Shown in pieces: positions 41,221-52,124 of a stretch of 64,000 nucleotides of DNA. This stretch comes from an uncultured Trueperaceae bacterium. GTDB taxonomy: Bacteria; Deinococcota; Deinococci; Deinococcales; Trueperaceae. The position numbers and the translations under genes are program-made. Numbering within the stretch: position 1 is the first letter of the stretch; every line of letters begins with the position of its first letter. The stretch spans positions 448,001-512,000 of the forward strand of contig CAWCXJ010000007.1 in NCBI GenBank assembly GCA_963799485.1, given 5' to 3'. The notes beneath the pieces are model-generated. The model did no database searches, had not been told where the DNA came from, and was given only the letters and a program-made list of their open reading frames with translations.

Positions 41221-41463
41221 ATGGTTAAGGTATTAGACAAAGCTTATGAACACAGCGAACTTGTTCTTGAAGCCGGAGACGAAGAAATCCTTGACCGAGT
41301 ATGGGCCAGGTTTCGCGAAAAGCATCCCAACTACCGCTCGTCTGCCGAAGAACTCGAGCGCGTTCGCACGCTGAGCGAACGCCGTAAGGCGCTCTACGAG
41401 TCTCTCCCAAGCCCTGAAGAGCGGGCGAGGCGCAGGGCAGCGGTACGCGCACTCAGACCTTAA
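41221..41463 (+). CDS. Small hypothetical protein (80 aa)
   Basis: TG-TAAGTT -10, GGAGG RBS, terminator at 41481-41501; resembles 41811-42095. Confidence 0.72.
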   Translation: MVKVLDKAYEHSELVLEAGDEEILDRVWARFREKHPNYRSSAEELERVRTLSERRKALYESLPSPEERARRRAAVRALRP

Positions 41464-41810
41464 ACTGACCTATCAAAACCGGCCCACTCACTGGGCTTTT
41501 TCGTATCATGCCGAACCTTCTACGAACATGAGCGCCGAGATACACCGACGACCGACGGCTGCAAGCACCTAAAGGGCAGCCGCGGCATGTCGTTTGTCTA
41601 CCCCCTGATCTATATTACGGTCGCTAACACTAACGAGACGACGCAGCAACCGGACGGTCTCGACAGTAGCCCGCTAACCTTGCAACACGCAGCCGCCTGT
41701 GACCTTGGTTTATGCGTTTGACCTACCCGCCATTGACTCATGGGGTTACAGGAGTTTTATGACCCCTTTTGAGTAATTGAGGGCAGGATGTCATAAGCTA
41801 TAGTGCAAAA

Positions 41811-42095
41811 ATGGCAAAAGCAGACGTGACGCCCGAAGTAGGTGAACCCACACAAGAAGTGCCGGAACCGTGTGAGTCGGGTGAAGCACTCGAGCTTGAC
41901 GAGGCTGCGTCAGACCGTGCTTTGGACAAGTTCTGGCTAGATAATCCAAACTACGAACCGTCGGATGAGTACGTTGCTCATTTGCGGGGAGCAAAGGCGC
42001 GGTACGAGCAGCGGAAGGCTTCACGACCTCCCCGCGAAGAGCTTCTACGCCGTGCCGAAGCGTTGTTTGCAAAGATAGAGGCCCGTCGCCGCTAA
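41811..42095 (+). CDS. Small hypothetical protein (94 aa)
   Basis: TATAGT six nt before the ATG (leaderless); resembles the 41221 ORF. Confidence 0.7.
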   Translation: MAKADVTPEVGEPTQEVPEPCESGEALELDEAASDRALDKFWLDNPNYEPSDEYVAHLRGAKARYEQRKASRPPREELLRRAEALFAKIEARRR

Positions 42096-42260
42096 GAACG
42101 TAAATCTGTTTCATGTGTCTCCGGCATTGCACAGCTCGAGGTGATCGTTATCAAACCTTCTTCGCTATCTGGCAGCGGTCATAGTAGAACACCGACAAAC
42201 TCTGTAACAACACGATATGCCAACAAATCACGTCCGTGACACTGATACTGAGTCCAAAAC

Positions 42261-42281
42261 TTAAGACCAATTTAAGACCAC
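42261..42281 (+). repeat. Putative integrase arm-type site, right copy
   Basis: Identical to 19141-19161. Confidence 0.75.
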
Positions 42282-42407
42282 AGGCTTAAAATAGAGCGTT
42301 AAGGGTCGTGAAGAAACGGGAAGTGTACTTGACAGATTTACGTGTGGGTGGGACTAAATACTGGTTTACGAACTGAACCGTGACAGACCGTGAAAGCCTT
42401 TTTGACT

Positions 42408-42462
42408 TTGACACTGTAGAGGTCGGCAGTTCAATCCTGCCCGCGCCTACCAAGAGAAACAA
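42408..42462 (+). repeat. att site, right copy (partial tRNA-Val 3' half)
   Basis: 55-bp identity with 19026-19080; lacks the tRNA 5' half. Confidence 0.93.
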
Positions 42463-42550
42463 CGTCACAGACGCAAGAATAAGCTCCGCTCGTGTGCGGG
42501 GCTGTTCTCGTTTAGGGTCGGCTTGCACCTTATTTGCACCTACAGGATTT

Positions 42551-43025
42551 TTAGTTTACGGCGTCCGGGTTGCTAGGTTTAGGTAAGAAGTCGAGTAGGG
42601 ATACAGCGCTCTGTGCCCGCTGTGATTCAAACAGGTGCGTGTAACGGTCGAGGGTAAAAGATGCTCGAGCGTGCCCTAGCCGGTCGGCTAATACCTTCGC
42701 ATCCATCCCGCTATGAATCGCAATAGAGGCGTGTAGGTGCCGGAGGTCGTGCAGCCGCACTATGGGCACCTCTGCCTTTTTCATTAAGTGGTCACGCACC
42801 CGCTTCAGGTTGTCGGGGTTGGGGAGTGTGCCGACCTCGGACGTAAAGACGAACAGGTTAGGTAGCTCGGCGTCGATCAACTCATGACCCTTTTGCACCG
42901 CCACGGTGAGCGTTTCGGGCCATGCTTCCCCTAACGCGGCGCGCTCGGCCTCTTGACGCTGACGGTGCAAGAACAGCAGCGCGAGCACATCGGTTGATAA
43001 AGCCACGGTACGAAAGCCCTTCTTT
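42551..43025 (-). pseudogene. C-terminal fragment of a second, related tyrosine integrase
   Basis: KGFRTVAL..RLHDLRH..RLGHA..DRYTH, closely similar to 19167-20309; truncated by IS630. Confidence 0.9.
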
Positions 43026-43307
43026 TAGCATTTCCACTAATTACTGCTCCACCTCATAACCACAATGCTCGAAGGTATTGAGGACTTGCATAGGAGTCAC
43101 GGTTTTGACTGCTTCACAAAAGGCTTGAATGAGGTTGCCTTGCGTGTCAGGGCGAAGACTTTTGATGAACGCTTTAACCTTAGCAAAAAGGTGTTCGATG
43201 GGGTTTAGGTCGGGTGAGTAGGTCGGCAGATATAAGAGTTCACAACCGAAGCGTTCGACCAGTTCTCTAACCTCTTCACCGTGGTGAACAGTCCAGTTAT
43301 CTAAAAC
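43026..43307 (-). mobile_element. IS630 family remnant (3' part of the transposase)
   Basis: VLDNWTVHH, LPTYSPDLNPIE; cut off by IS3. Confidence 0.85.
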
Positions 43308-43308
43308 A

Positions 43309-44600
43309 GAAGTGGACCCCTGAAAGCGGACAGACCCCTTAGTTGAAAGCACTAAGCTTTCAGAAGGGGGAAGAGATGAAAAAGCAGAGACGAAACCACT
43401 CAGCTGCATTCAAAGCCAAGGTTGCACTAGCGGCAGTCAAAGAGGAGAAAACACTCGCTGAGTTGTCGCAACAGTTTGGGGTTCACGTTCAGCAAATCTC
43501 GGCCTGGAAACGGCAGCTGCTCGAGCAAGCAAGCGATGTGTTCGAGAGCGGTAGCGACAAAAAGCGTAACTTCGAGGCCGAGGTCAAAGAGTTGCACGCC
43601 AAGATCGGCGAGCTAACGATGGAACGAGATTTTTTGTCCAACAAGTCAGGTCGTTGAGCCGCACCGAACGTAAAGCGATGGTCAATCCTAAGACGCAGTT
43701 GTCGGTGGTCAAGCAGTGTCGTTTACTTGGTGTGAGCCGTTCGTCGGTGTACGACCAGGGAGCGGTCGTGTCAGACGAGGAGCTCTCACTCATGCGTCAG
43801 CTTGACGAAATCCACCTTGCCCGACCCTTCCTGGGAAGCCGTCGGCTGGTTGACGAACTCAAAGACCGTGGTCTTACAGTCAACCGCAAACGGGTTCAGC
43901 GCTTGATGCCGATCGTGGGCATTACCGCCAGTTATCCCAAGCCGAGAACGTCCAAAGCCGCCAAGGGACACGACGTCTACCCCTACCTCCGACGCGGCCT
44001 CGATTTTGAGCGAGCCAACCAGGTATGGGTCGCCGATATTACCTACTTGCCTATGGCTGGAGGTTTCTGCTACCTCGTTGCGGTCATGGACTTGTACAGC
44101 CGCAAGATTCTCAGCTGGCAACTGTCGAACACGCTCGACCCACGCTTTTGCGTCACTGCCCTTGAAGAAGCGCTGCAACGCTACGGTTCACCTGAAATCT
44201 TCAATACCGACCAGGGTGCTCAGTTCACATCTCAAGTATTCACCAGGTTACTCGACCGGCATGGCGTCCAAATCAGCATGGACGGCAAAGGTAGGTGGAT
44301 TGATAACGTCTTTATCGAACGCTTCTGGCGCAGTCTCAAGTACGAAGAGGTTTATCTTTTCGCCTATGGCGACCTGGCTGAAGCCCGAACTGGCCTAGAT
44401 CGCTACATGCGCTACTACAACGGCAAACGGCGTCACAGCAGCTTGGGCAAGCAAACGCCTGATGAGGTGTACTATCAAGCGACGAGCAACCCTGCACGAT
44501 CTGCTCTAAAGGTTCCAGGTCAGGCGTTGACGCCTGAACCTTGCTCGTGAATAAAGTTAGGAACTAATCGGGTGCTGTCCGGCGGATGGGGTCCACCTTT
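43309..44600 (+). mobile_element. IS3 family insertion sequence
   Basis: Imperfect IRs gaagtggacccc..ggaca / tgtcc..ggggtccacctt; no target duplication seen. Confidence 0.88.
43376..44550 (+). CDS. IS3 transposase OrfA (43376-43657) and OrfB (43654-44550)
   Basis: RRNHSAAFKAKVAL; WVADITY, NTDQGAQF, DNVFIERFWRSLKYE. Confidence 0.92.
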
Positions 44601-44671
44601 CTCAGGAATATTTAGGAGCGCAGAACATCCTTGGTTAGAAAAGAGTTTACCTTATTATCTTTCCATAAACC

Positions 44672-45955
<1,284 letters not shown>

Positions 45956-46029
45956 TCACGCCCTCAACTTTACCCGCACGCCACATCTCGCTTGCCCTGA
46001 GCTGTTAAAGTTTGGGTCATGGAGGCGTT

Positions 46030-46995
46030 ATGAAACTAGGTATGGTCGGACTCGGACGAATGGGTGGCGATATGACGCGCCGCTTGCTGGGGGACGGGCA
46101 CGAGGTCGTCGTTTACGACTTGTCAGAAGATGCCATCGCTGAGCTGAAGAAAGAAGGCGCGTCGGGCTCGTCCGGAATTGACGATATGGTCGCGCAGTTG
46201 GATGCGCCGCGCGTGCTGTGGCTGATGCTGCCGTCGGGCAAGATTACGCAGGGTGCAGTCGATGAAGCGTTGTCCCACCTGCAACAAGGCGACATTCTGG
46301 TCGACGGGGCGAACTCGAACTGGGAGGACTCGCGCCGCCGCGCCGAGCAAGCTGAGGCCGAGGGCGTTCACTACGTCGATTGCGGGGTTTCGGGCGGTGT
46401 TTGGGGGCTCCGCGAAGGCTACAACCTGATGGTCGGCGCGTCCGATGAGGCGTTTGGAACCCTCGAGCCCGTCTTAAAAACCCTCGCACCTGAAAACGGC
46501 TACGCGCACGTCGGCCCTTCCGGAGCCGGACATTTCGTCAAGATGATTCACAACGGCATCGAGTACGCCATTATTCAGTCTTACGGCGAAGGGTTCGAGG
46601 CGATGGCGAAGTATCCGCACGCCGAGCTGAACTTGGAGCAGATTTCCGAACTGTGGACGCACGGGTCGGTGGTGCGGTCGTGGCTTTTAGAACTCGCGGC
46701 GCTGGCGCTTAAAAAAGATGTCGGACTCAACGATGTGCGGGCGTATGTGGACGACTCGGGGATGGGCCGCTGGACGGTGCAGTACGGCGTAAATAACGCG
46801 GTACCGATGGCGGCGATTGCGGCGGCGCTGTTTGCGCGCTTCTCGAGCCGTGAAACCGATTCGTTCGCCGCCAAACTCGCCGCTGCGCTGCGTAACGAGT
46901 TCGGCGGTCACGCGGTTCACGAGGTGCTCGAGGCCGAAGGCGTCGAGGCGTCCGGCGTCGAGGCGTCCGCGCCCCCCGCAGCGAAAGAGGGTTAA
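46030..46995 (+). CDS. gnd: 6-phosphogluconate dehydrogenase, decarboxylating (short type)
   Basis: GLGRMG, DCGVSGG, GHFVKMIHNGIEY, ALRNEFGGH. Confidence 0.95.
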   Translation: MKLGMVGLGRMGGDMTRRLLGDGHEVVVYDLSEDAIAELKKEGASGSSGIDDMVAQLDAPRVLWLMLPSGKITQGAVDEALSHLQQGDILVDGANSNWEDSRRRAEQAEAEGVHYVDCGVSGGVWGLREGYNLMVGASDEAFGTLEPVLKTLAPENGYAHVGPSGAGHFVKMIHNGIEYAIIQSYGEGFEAMAKYPHAELNLEQISELWTHGSVVRSWLLELAALALKKDVGLNDVRAYVDDSGMGRWTVQYGVNNAVPMAAIAAALFARFSSRETDSFAAKLAAALRNEFGGHAVHEVLEAEGVEASGVEASAPPAAKEG

Positions 46996-46997
46996 AG

Positions 46998-48419
46998 ATG
47001 GCTCCGCCCTGTACGTTTGTCATCTTCGGCATTACCGGCGACCTCGCCGCCCGCAAACTGATGCCTGCGATTTTCGAGCTCCATAAAAGCGGCGCGCTCA
47101 ACCCGGAAACGAAGCTGGTGGGGTACTCACGGCGCGACTGGGACGACGCCAAGTTGCAAGATGAGGTCAAAAAGGCGCTGCAAAAGTTTGCGGCTAAAGC
47201 GTTTAACAAAGACGATTGGGACACGCTCGCCCCACGTTTTTCGTTCGTTTCAGGGGGTTACGACGACGCCGCCGGTTTTACGCGCCTAGCTGAACACCTG
47301 GACGAACTCGGACTCCCCGACCGCATCTTCTACACCTCGACGCCGCCGAGTACCTACGGCGGCATCGTCGAACATTTGGGACGCGCGGGCCTCAACCACA
47401 GCCCCGGCTGGACGCGGCTGGTCATCGAAAAACCGTTCGGTAACGATCTGAAAAGCGCGCAGGAACTCAACAAAACCGTGCTCGAGAACTTCGATGAGTC
47501 GCAGGTCTACCGTATCGACCACTACTTGGCTAAAGAGACGGCGCAAAATATCGCCGCCCTGCGTTTTGCCAACTCGATTTTCGAGCCCACCTGGAACTCG
47601 CAGTACGTTGACCACGTACAGATTACGATGGCCGAACCCATGGGCGTCGAGGGGCGCGGCTCGTTTTACGACGAGACCGGCGTGATCCGCGACGTGATTC
47701 AAAACCACTTATTGCAACTCGTGGCTTTGACCGCCACCGAACCCCCGAGCCGCTACGACGCCATCAGCGTCCGCGACGAAAAGGTCAAGGTCTTTCAGGC
47801 GATGACGTGCGCGAACCCTGCCGCCGCCGTGATCGGGCAGTATGCGGGCTACCGGCAAGAGCCGGACGTGGCGAAGAGCTCACGTCAAGGAACCTACGCC
47901 GCCTTAGAGTTGCAGATTGCCAACTGGCGCTGGGCTGGCGTCCCGTTTTTTATCCGGAGCGGTAAAGCCTTAAAGTCCAAATCGAGCGAAATCGTGGTCG
48001 TCTACAAACGCCCGCCGCACATTCCCTTTGAGCTGCGCGGCCCGGTCAAACCCGACCGCATCATCTTGCGGCTGCAACCCAATGAGGGCATCAGCCTCCG
48101 CTTCGTCGCCAAACGTCCGGGGCAAGGCGTGAGCTTAAGCCGCGCGAGTATGGACTTTTACTACGACGAGGAGTTCGATACGAACGGGCGCGACGCTTAC
48201 GAAACGCTCTTAGAGGACGCGATGATGGGCGACGCCACGCTCTTTATGCGCGCCGACGAGGTTGAGGCGCAGTGGCGCATCGTCGAACCGGTGATCAGCG
48301 CTTGGGAGAAAAACTTCGACGACCCGGCGCTGTACGAACGGGGCACCTGGGGGCCGGAAGAGGCGGACATGCTGCTCGCCAAAAGCGGACGTATCTGGAA
48401 CATTCCCGAAACCGAATAG
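46998..48419 (+). CDS. zwf: Glucose-6-phosphate 1-dehydrogenase
   Basis: GITGDLA, EKPFG, RIDHYLAKE, WRWAGVPF. Confidence 0.96.
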   Translation: MAPPCTFVIFGITGDLAARKLMPAIFELHKSGALNPETKLVGYSRRDWDDAKLQDEVKKALQKFAAKAFNKDDWDTLAPRFSFVSGGYDDAAGFTRLAEHLDELGLPDRIFYTSTPPSTYGGIVEHLGRAGLNHSPGWTRLVIEKPFGNDLKSAQELNKTVLENFDESQVYRIDHYLAKETAQNIAALRFANSIFEPTWNSQYVDHVQITMAEPMGVEGRGSFYDETGVIRDVIQNHLLQLVALTATEPPSRYDAISVRDEKVKVFQAMTCANPAAAVIGQYAGYRQEPDVAKSSRQGTYAALELQIANWRWAGVPFFIRSGKALKSKSSEIVVVYKRPPHIPFELRGPVKPDRIILRLQPNEGISLRFVAKRPGQGVSLSRASMDFYYDEEFDTNGRDAYETLLEDAMMGDATLFMRADEVEAQWRIVEPVISAWEKNFDDPALYERGTWGPEEADMLLAKSGRIWNIPETE

Positions 48420-48443
48420 CCGAGAGACAACTGAGGAGAACCT

Positions 48444-48650
48444 GTGAACGACACCCCAAAGCAACCCGAACACGAATCAGACGGTCAAGGCACCGAAAAA
48501 ACGCCCGACCGGGCACAACCCGAGCTGACCGAGCAAAATTTGCTGCTCGAGGAGCGAGGCGAAGCCGACCCCGAACAGCGCCGTAAAATAGAGGGGGAGC
48601 TAGAAGAGATGGAAGACGACCTCGAGGACGCAAACGCGAAAAGCGAATAA
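48444..48650 (+). CDS. Small acidic hypothetical protein
   Basis: GAGGAG RBS; 68-aa ORF after zwf. Confidence 0.6.
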   Translation: MNDTPKQPEHESDGQGTEKTPDRAQPELTEQNLLLEERGEADPEQRRKIEGELEEMEDDLEDANAKSE

Positions 48651-48789
48651 GTCGTCGGTAGCGTGCGGGGTACGGGCTCGCGATATTACGGCTCGAGCCC
48701 TGCTTTTTGCCAGTTTGTGTATATCTACTTGAATATCTGCAATAACTTTCAATTTTACGTCTGTGACGTACTTTGTGCTAGCCTGAGTT

Positions 48790-49674
48790 ATGGCGAACAT
48801 CAGCATCTTAGGCATTCCGCTCGATTTGGGCGCGGGGCGGCGCGGCGTCGATATGGGGCCGAGTGCGCTCAGGCTCGCAGGCTTGGCTGCAAACTTGCAA
48901 AAACTCGGGCACACGGTTTTTGACCACGGCAACGTGCAGATGCCGGTTGCCGAGGCCATCCCGACTGAAAACGGGCTTCACTACGCCCAAACGATTGCCG
49001 AAACCTGCCGTCAGGCGTTTTTAGAATTTAGAGATATTCCCAAAACGGTTTTTCCCATTGCGCTGGGCGGCGACCATTCGGTCTCTTTAGGCAGCGTAGC
49101 GGGGTTTGCCCAAGCCGGGCGCACGGGCGTCATCTGGGTAGACGCGCACGCCGACCTCAATACGCCCGAGAGCAGCCCAAGCGGAAACATTCACGGGATG
49201 CCGCTCTCACATTTGTTGGGCAGCGGTGATAAAAGGTTGCTCGAGATTTGGGGCGGTGGCGCAGTATTACAACCCCAAGACCTCGTGTTTATCGGGTTGC
49301 GGAGCTTGGATCCGTTCGAGCGGGCGTTTATCCGTGAACATAATATCCGCGCCTACACGATGAAAGAGATCGACAAACGCGGCCTCGCAGTTGTGGCAGA
49401 AGAAGCTACCGAATATCTCTCGCACGTTCCGCGGCTTCACCTCTCGTTCGACGCCGACGCGCTCGACCCGGCCATCGCGCCGGGTGTCGGCACCCCGGTA
49501 CCGGGCGGGCTCAGCTACCGCGAAGCGCACCTCTTGATGGAGCTGTTAGCCGATTCGGAAAAGGTCACGAGCCTCGATTTGGTCGAGGTCAATCCGGTTT
49601 TAGATATTAAAAATACAACCGGACGGATTATGGTCGAGATGGCGACGTCGCTGCTCGGCAAGGCGATTCTTTGA
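48790..49674 (+). CDS. rocF: Arginase
   Basis: GGDHS, DAHAD, SGNIHGMP, SFDADALDP, EVNP. Confidence 0.95.
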   Translation: MANISILGIPLDLGAGRRGVDMGPSALRLAGLAANLQKLGHTVFDHGNVQMPVAEAIPTENGLHYAQTIAETCRQAFLEFRDIPKTVFPIALGGDHSVSLGSVAGFAQAGRTGVIWVDAHADLNTPESSPSGNIHGMPLSHLLGSGDKRLLEIWGGGAVLQPQDLVFIGLRSLDPFERAFIREHNIRAYTMKEIDKRGLAVVAEEATEYLSHVPRLHLSFDADALDPAIAPGVGTPVPGGLSYREAHLLMELLADSEKVTSLDLVEVNPVLDIKNTTGRIMVEMATSLLGKAIL

Positions 49675-49686
49675 GCCTGATAGTGT

Positions 49687-50103
49687 TCAGCTTGAAGACA
49701 GAGGATGTCCGGGAGCAAACTCCAACAAGTCCTAAAGATTGCCGTAAAGGTCTTTGAACACCGCGATCACACCGTAATCAGCCTGTTTTGGTTCACGCAC
49801 AAACGCTATGCCTTTAGCCACCATCTCGTTATAGTCACGCCAAAAATCGTTGGTGCGGAGAAACAAAAAGACTCTGCCGCCCGACTGATTGCCGATAAAC
49901 GCTGCTTGCTCGGGGGTTGAGGCTCGAGCTAACAAGAGATTTGGGCCCCCTGAACCGGGCGGCGCAACCACGACCCAGCGTTTATCTTGCTCGGTTTAGT
50001 AGGTGTCTTCTACCAGGGTGAAATGAAGCTTTTGGGTATAAAACTCAATAGCTTCGTCGTAATCTCCGACAATCAGCGCGACGTGAACGGTAGACTGCCT
50101 CAT
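49687..50103 (-). pseudogene. VOC/glyoxalase family gene with two in-frame stops
   Basis: MRQSTVHVALIVGDYDEAIEFY..DTY*TEQDKRWV..DLYGNL*DLLE. Confidence 0.85.
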
Positions 50104-50141
50104 GTTGACCTCTACAGTGCCGGGGGCTGTTTTTAGACAAT

Positions 50142-51041
50142 TCAGTCCGTACTCAGTCCGTAACTCGGCGGCTCGTAGACACTCAAGGCTTTTTTAAGCC
50201 GGGGGATGTACCCCTCTAACGCCGCGTCCCCGGCGGTCATCGCAACTTCCGCACCGCGAAAGTTAAACCAGCTGATCGGCGGGTTCGTGTGAACATAGAG
50301 CGCTTCATCGGACAAGATTTGCGGCGTCTGCCACGCGGTCATGGTGTGCGCGAGCGAACGCCCGAGCTGCCGCATCGGATGTGCGCCGGGGTGGTCGCGC
50401 AAGCTTTTGTGAACGTGCTGCCCCATCCGGGTGGTGAGCCAACGCTGGGCAAAACGAATCGCGCCGGAGTCGGCCTCCTCGAGCCCCGCCCCGATCCCTA
50501 GTGCGATGTCGAGGTCGTAGCCCTCCAAGGTGGCGAGCGGCAGCGGCGACCCGAGCCCGCCATCGACCAGAAACCGTCCGCCGAGTTCCACGGGTGAAAA
50601 CACACCCGGCATCGAGGCGCTTGCACGCAAGGCTCTCGCCAGCGGCCCGGTGCTCAGATTGACGGGTTCGCCGGTGGCGAGGTCGGTGGCGACGACAACG
50701 AGGGTGCGTTTCAGATCGCTAAAACTCCGGCCTTCGACGAGTTCGTCTAAGTAGGCCTCGAGCTTGTCCCCTGAAAAAAGCGCCGCTTTGTGCAGGCCAA
50801 AGTCAAGCACTTTAGAGAGGTCGCGCCAGCGCATACTGTTGGCTGTTCCGGCAATCTCTTGCGGCGTCAAGCCCGCCGCGTAGAGCGCGCCGACAATTGC
50901 CCCGAAGCTCGTTCCGACAATCAGGTCGGGCGCAAAATCGTGACGTTCCAAACACGAGAGCGCCCCGATATGGGCAAACCCACGGGCGCTGCCGCCACCT
51001 AACGCTACACCGATTTTTAAGGGGGAACTCGAGCCGCTCAC
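50142..51041 (-). CDS. Patatin-like phospholipase
   Basis: LGGGSARGFAHIG, GTSFG, DGG. Start is inferred. Confidence 0.9.
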   Translation of the reverse strand: MSGSSSPLKIGVALGGGSARGFAHIGALSCLERHDFAPDLIVGTSFGAIVGALYAAGLTPQEIAGTANSMRWRDLSKVLDFGLHKAALFSGDKLEAYLDELVEGRSFSDLKRTLVVVATDLATGEPVNLSTGPLARALRASASMPGVFSPVELGGRFLVDGGLGSPLPLATLEGYDLDIALGIGAGLEEADSGAIRFAQRWLTTRMGQHVHKSLRDHPGAHPMRQLGRSLAHTMTAWQTPQILSDEALYVHTNPPISWFNFRGAEVAMTAGDAALEGYIPRLKKALSVYEPPSYGLSTD

Positions 51042-51133
51042 GCTTAACCAGTATAGCCCCTGTTCCTTATAATGACCTGTGTAGTATTCAGCTTCTATCC
51101 TCTGGCTCCAACTGGACGTGACGCCCCTCAATT

Positions 51134-52006
51134 ATGAATCTGCCCAAAGACCTGACTCTCCTCGTGATGCACCACCGCACCCCGGCTGTTTTGAGGACGT
51201 GTCTGGCAAAACTCAGCGGTTTTGTTCCCGGTACGCGCGTTATCGTGGTCGATAGCAGCCCGCCGGACGAAACACCGCACGTTACGACTGAACTTTTGAA
51301 AGTACCCAACCACAGCTTCGCGCACATGCTCAACTGCGGCCTCAAGCTTGTGGAAACGCCCTACGCCGCGCACATGAACGCTGACGTTTTTCTCGAGCCG
51401 GGTACAGTGGCGCGGCTTTTAGAAGTAGTGCAACAACCGGGCGTCGGCATGGTCGGGCCAATGGTAAGGACGCCGGACGGTCGGCTGCAAAACCAGGGGC
51501 TTCCCTATCGGCGGCACTACGCAAACCTAAACCGCAGCGCCCAAGCTTCTATCCCGGTGCCGTGGCTTTCAGGCTGCTTACAGCTGGTACGCACCGAAGC
51601 GGTCGCCGCCGTCGGCGGGATGGACGCCTCGCTGCGGTTTTACAACGAAGACATGGAGTGGTGTTTTCGGTTTCGGCGTGCGGGTTGGGCGTGTCAGCTG
51701 GTCAAGACCGAGGTTTTGCATCTCGGCGGCGCGTCTACGCCCAAAGACCCGCGTTTTATCGTCGAGGGCTACCGGGGCGGGTACAAGCTTTCGCAGCGCT
51801 ATCGCGGCGCGGCGTATAGAGGGTTGCACGGCACCGCCGTAAAAATGCAGAGTTCGTGGGATGAGCGGTTTAGCCGCGACCCGGTGCAGCGGCAGGCCGC
51901 TGTAAACATCAGCGAGATGTTCCGGCGTGGTGAATTTGACGAGAGTCCGTTTGGAAGTACGTTAGCGGACGACAACCTATGGTTTTCGGTGGAAAGAGCT
52001 ATGTGA
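51134..52006 (+). CDS. Glycosyltransferase family 2
   Basis: VVDS, MNAD, WLSGC, GGMD..FYNED.EWC, HLGGAS. Confidence 0.88.
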   Translation: MNLPKDLTLLVMHHRTPAVLRTCLAKLSGFVPGTRVIVVDSSPPDETPHVTTELLKVPNHSFAHMLNCGLKLVETPYAAHMNADVFLEPGTVARLLEVVQQPGVGMVGPMVRTPDGRLQNQGLPYRRHYANLNRSAQASIPVPWLSGCLQLVRTEAVAAVGGMDASLRFYNEDMEWCFRFRRAGWACQLVKTEVLHLGGASTPKDPRFIVEGYRGGYKLSQRYRGAAYRGLHGTAVKMQSSWDERFSRDPVQRQAAVNISEMFRRGEFDESPFGSTLADDNLWFSVERAM

Positions 52007-52124
52007 AATCTCCCCCACTACATGAACATAGGGGAGAACAAAGCAATTCTACAACTTGCTTACCAGTGGTTTTAAGGTCGCCGGAAGGAAACGCTGACTG
52101 GAAAACTGCCAGAGATGCCGGAAC

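Larger units (their letters stand above)
19026..42462. mobile_element. ~23.4 kb integrative genomic island (satellite/IME-like) in tRNA-Val
   Basis: att direct repeats, integrase next to the tRNA, xis-primase-AAA module, defence cargo, no virion genes. Confidence 0.92.

Noticed and set aside
41505..41720. SWIM-like CKH motif in a spacer frame
   Set aside because: No start or RBS, and the motif is incomplete.
42408..42452. Second tRNA-Val gene
   Set aside because: Only the 3' half is present; it is the att duplication.
19026..42462. Prophage call
   Set aside because: No terminase, capsid, tail or lysis genes.
43041..43409. 122-aa ORF as a real gene
   Set aside because: It is a chimera of antisense IS3 end and an IS630 fragment.
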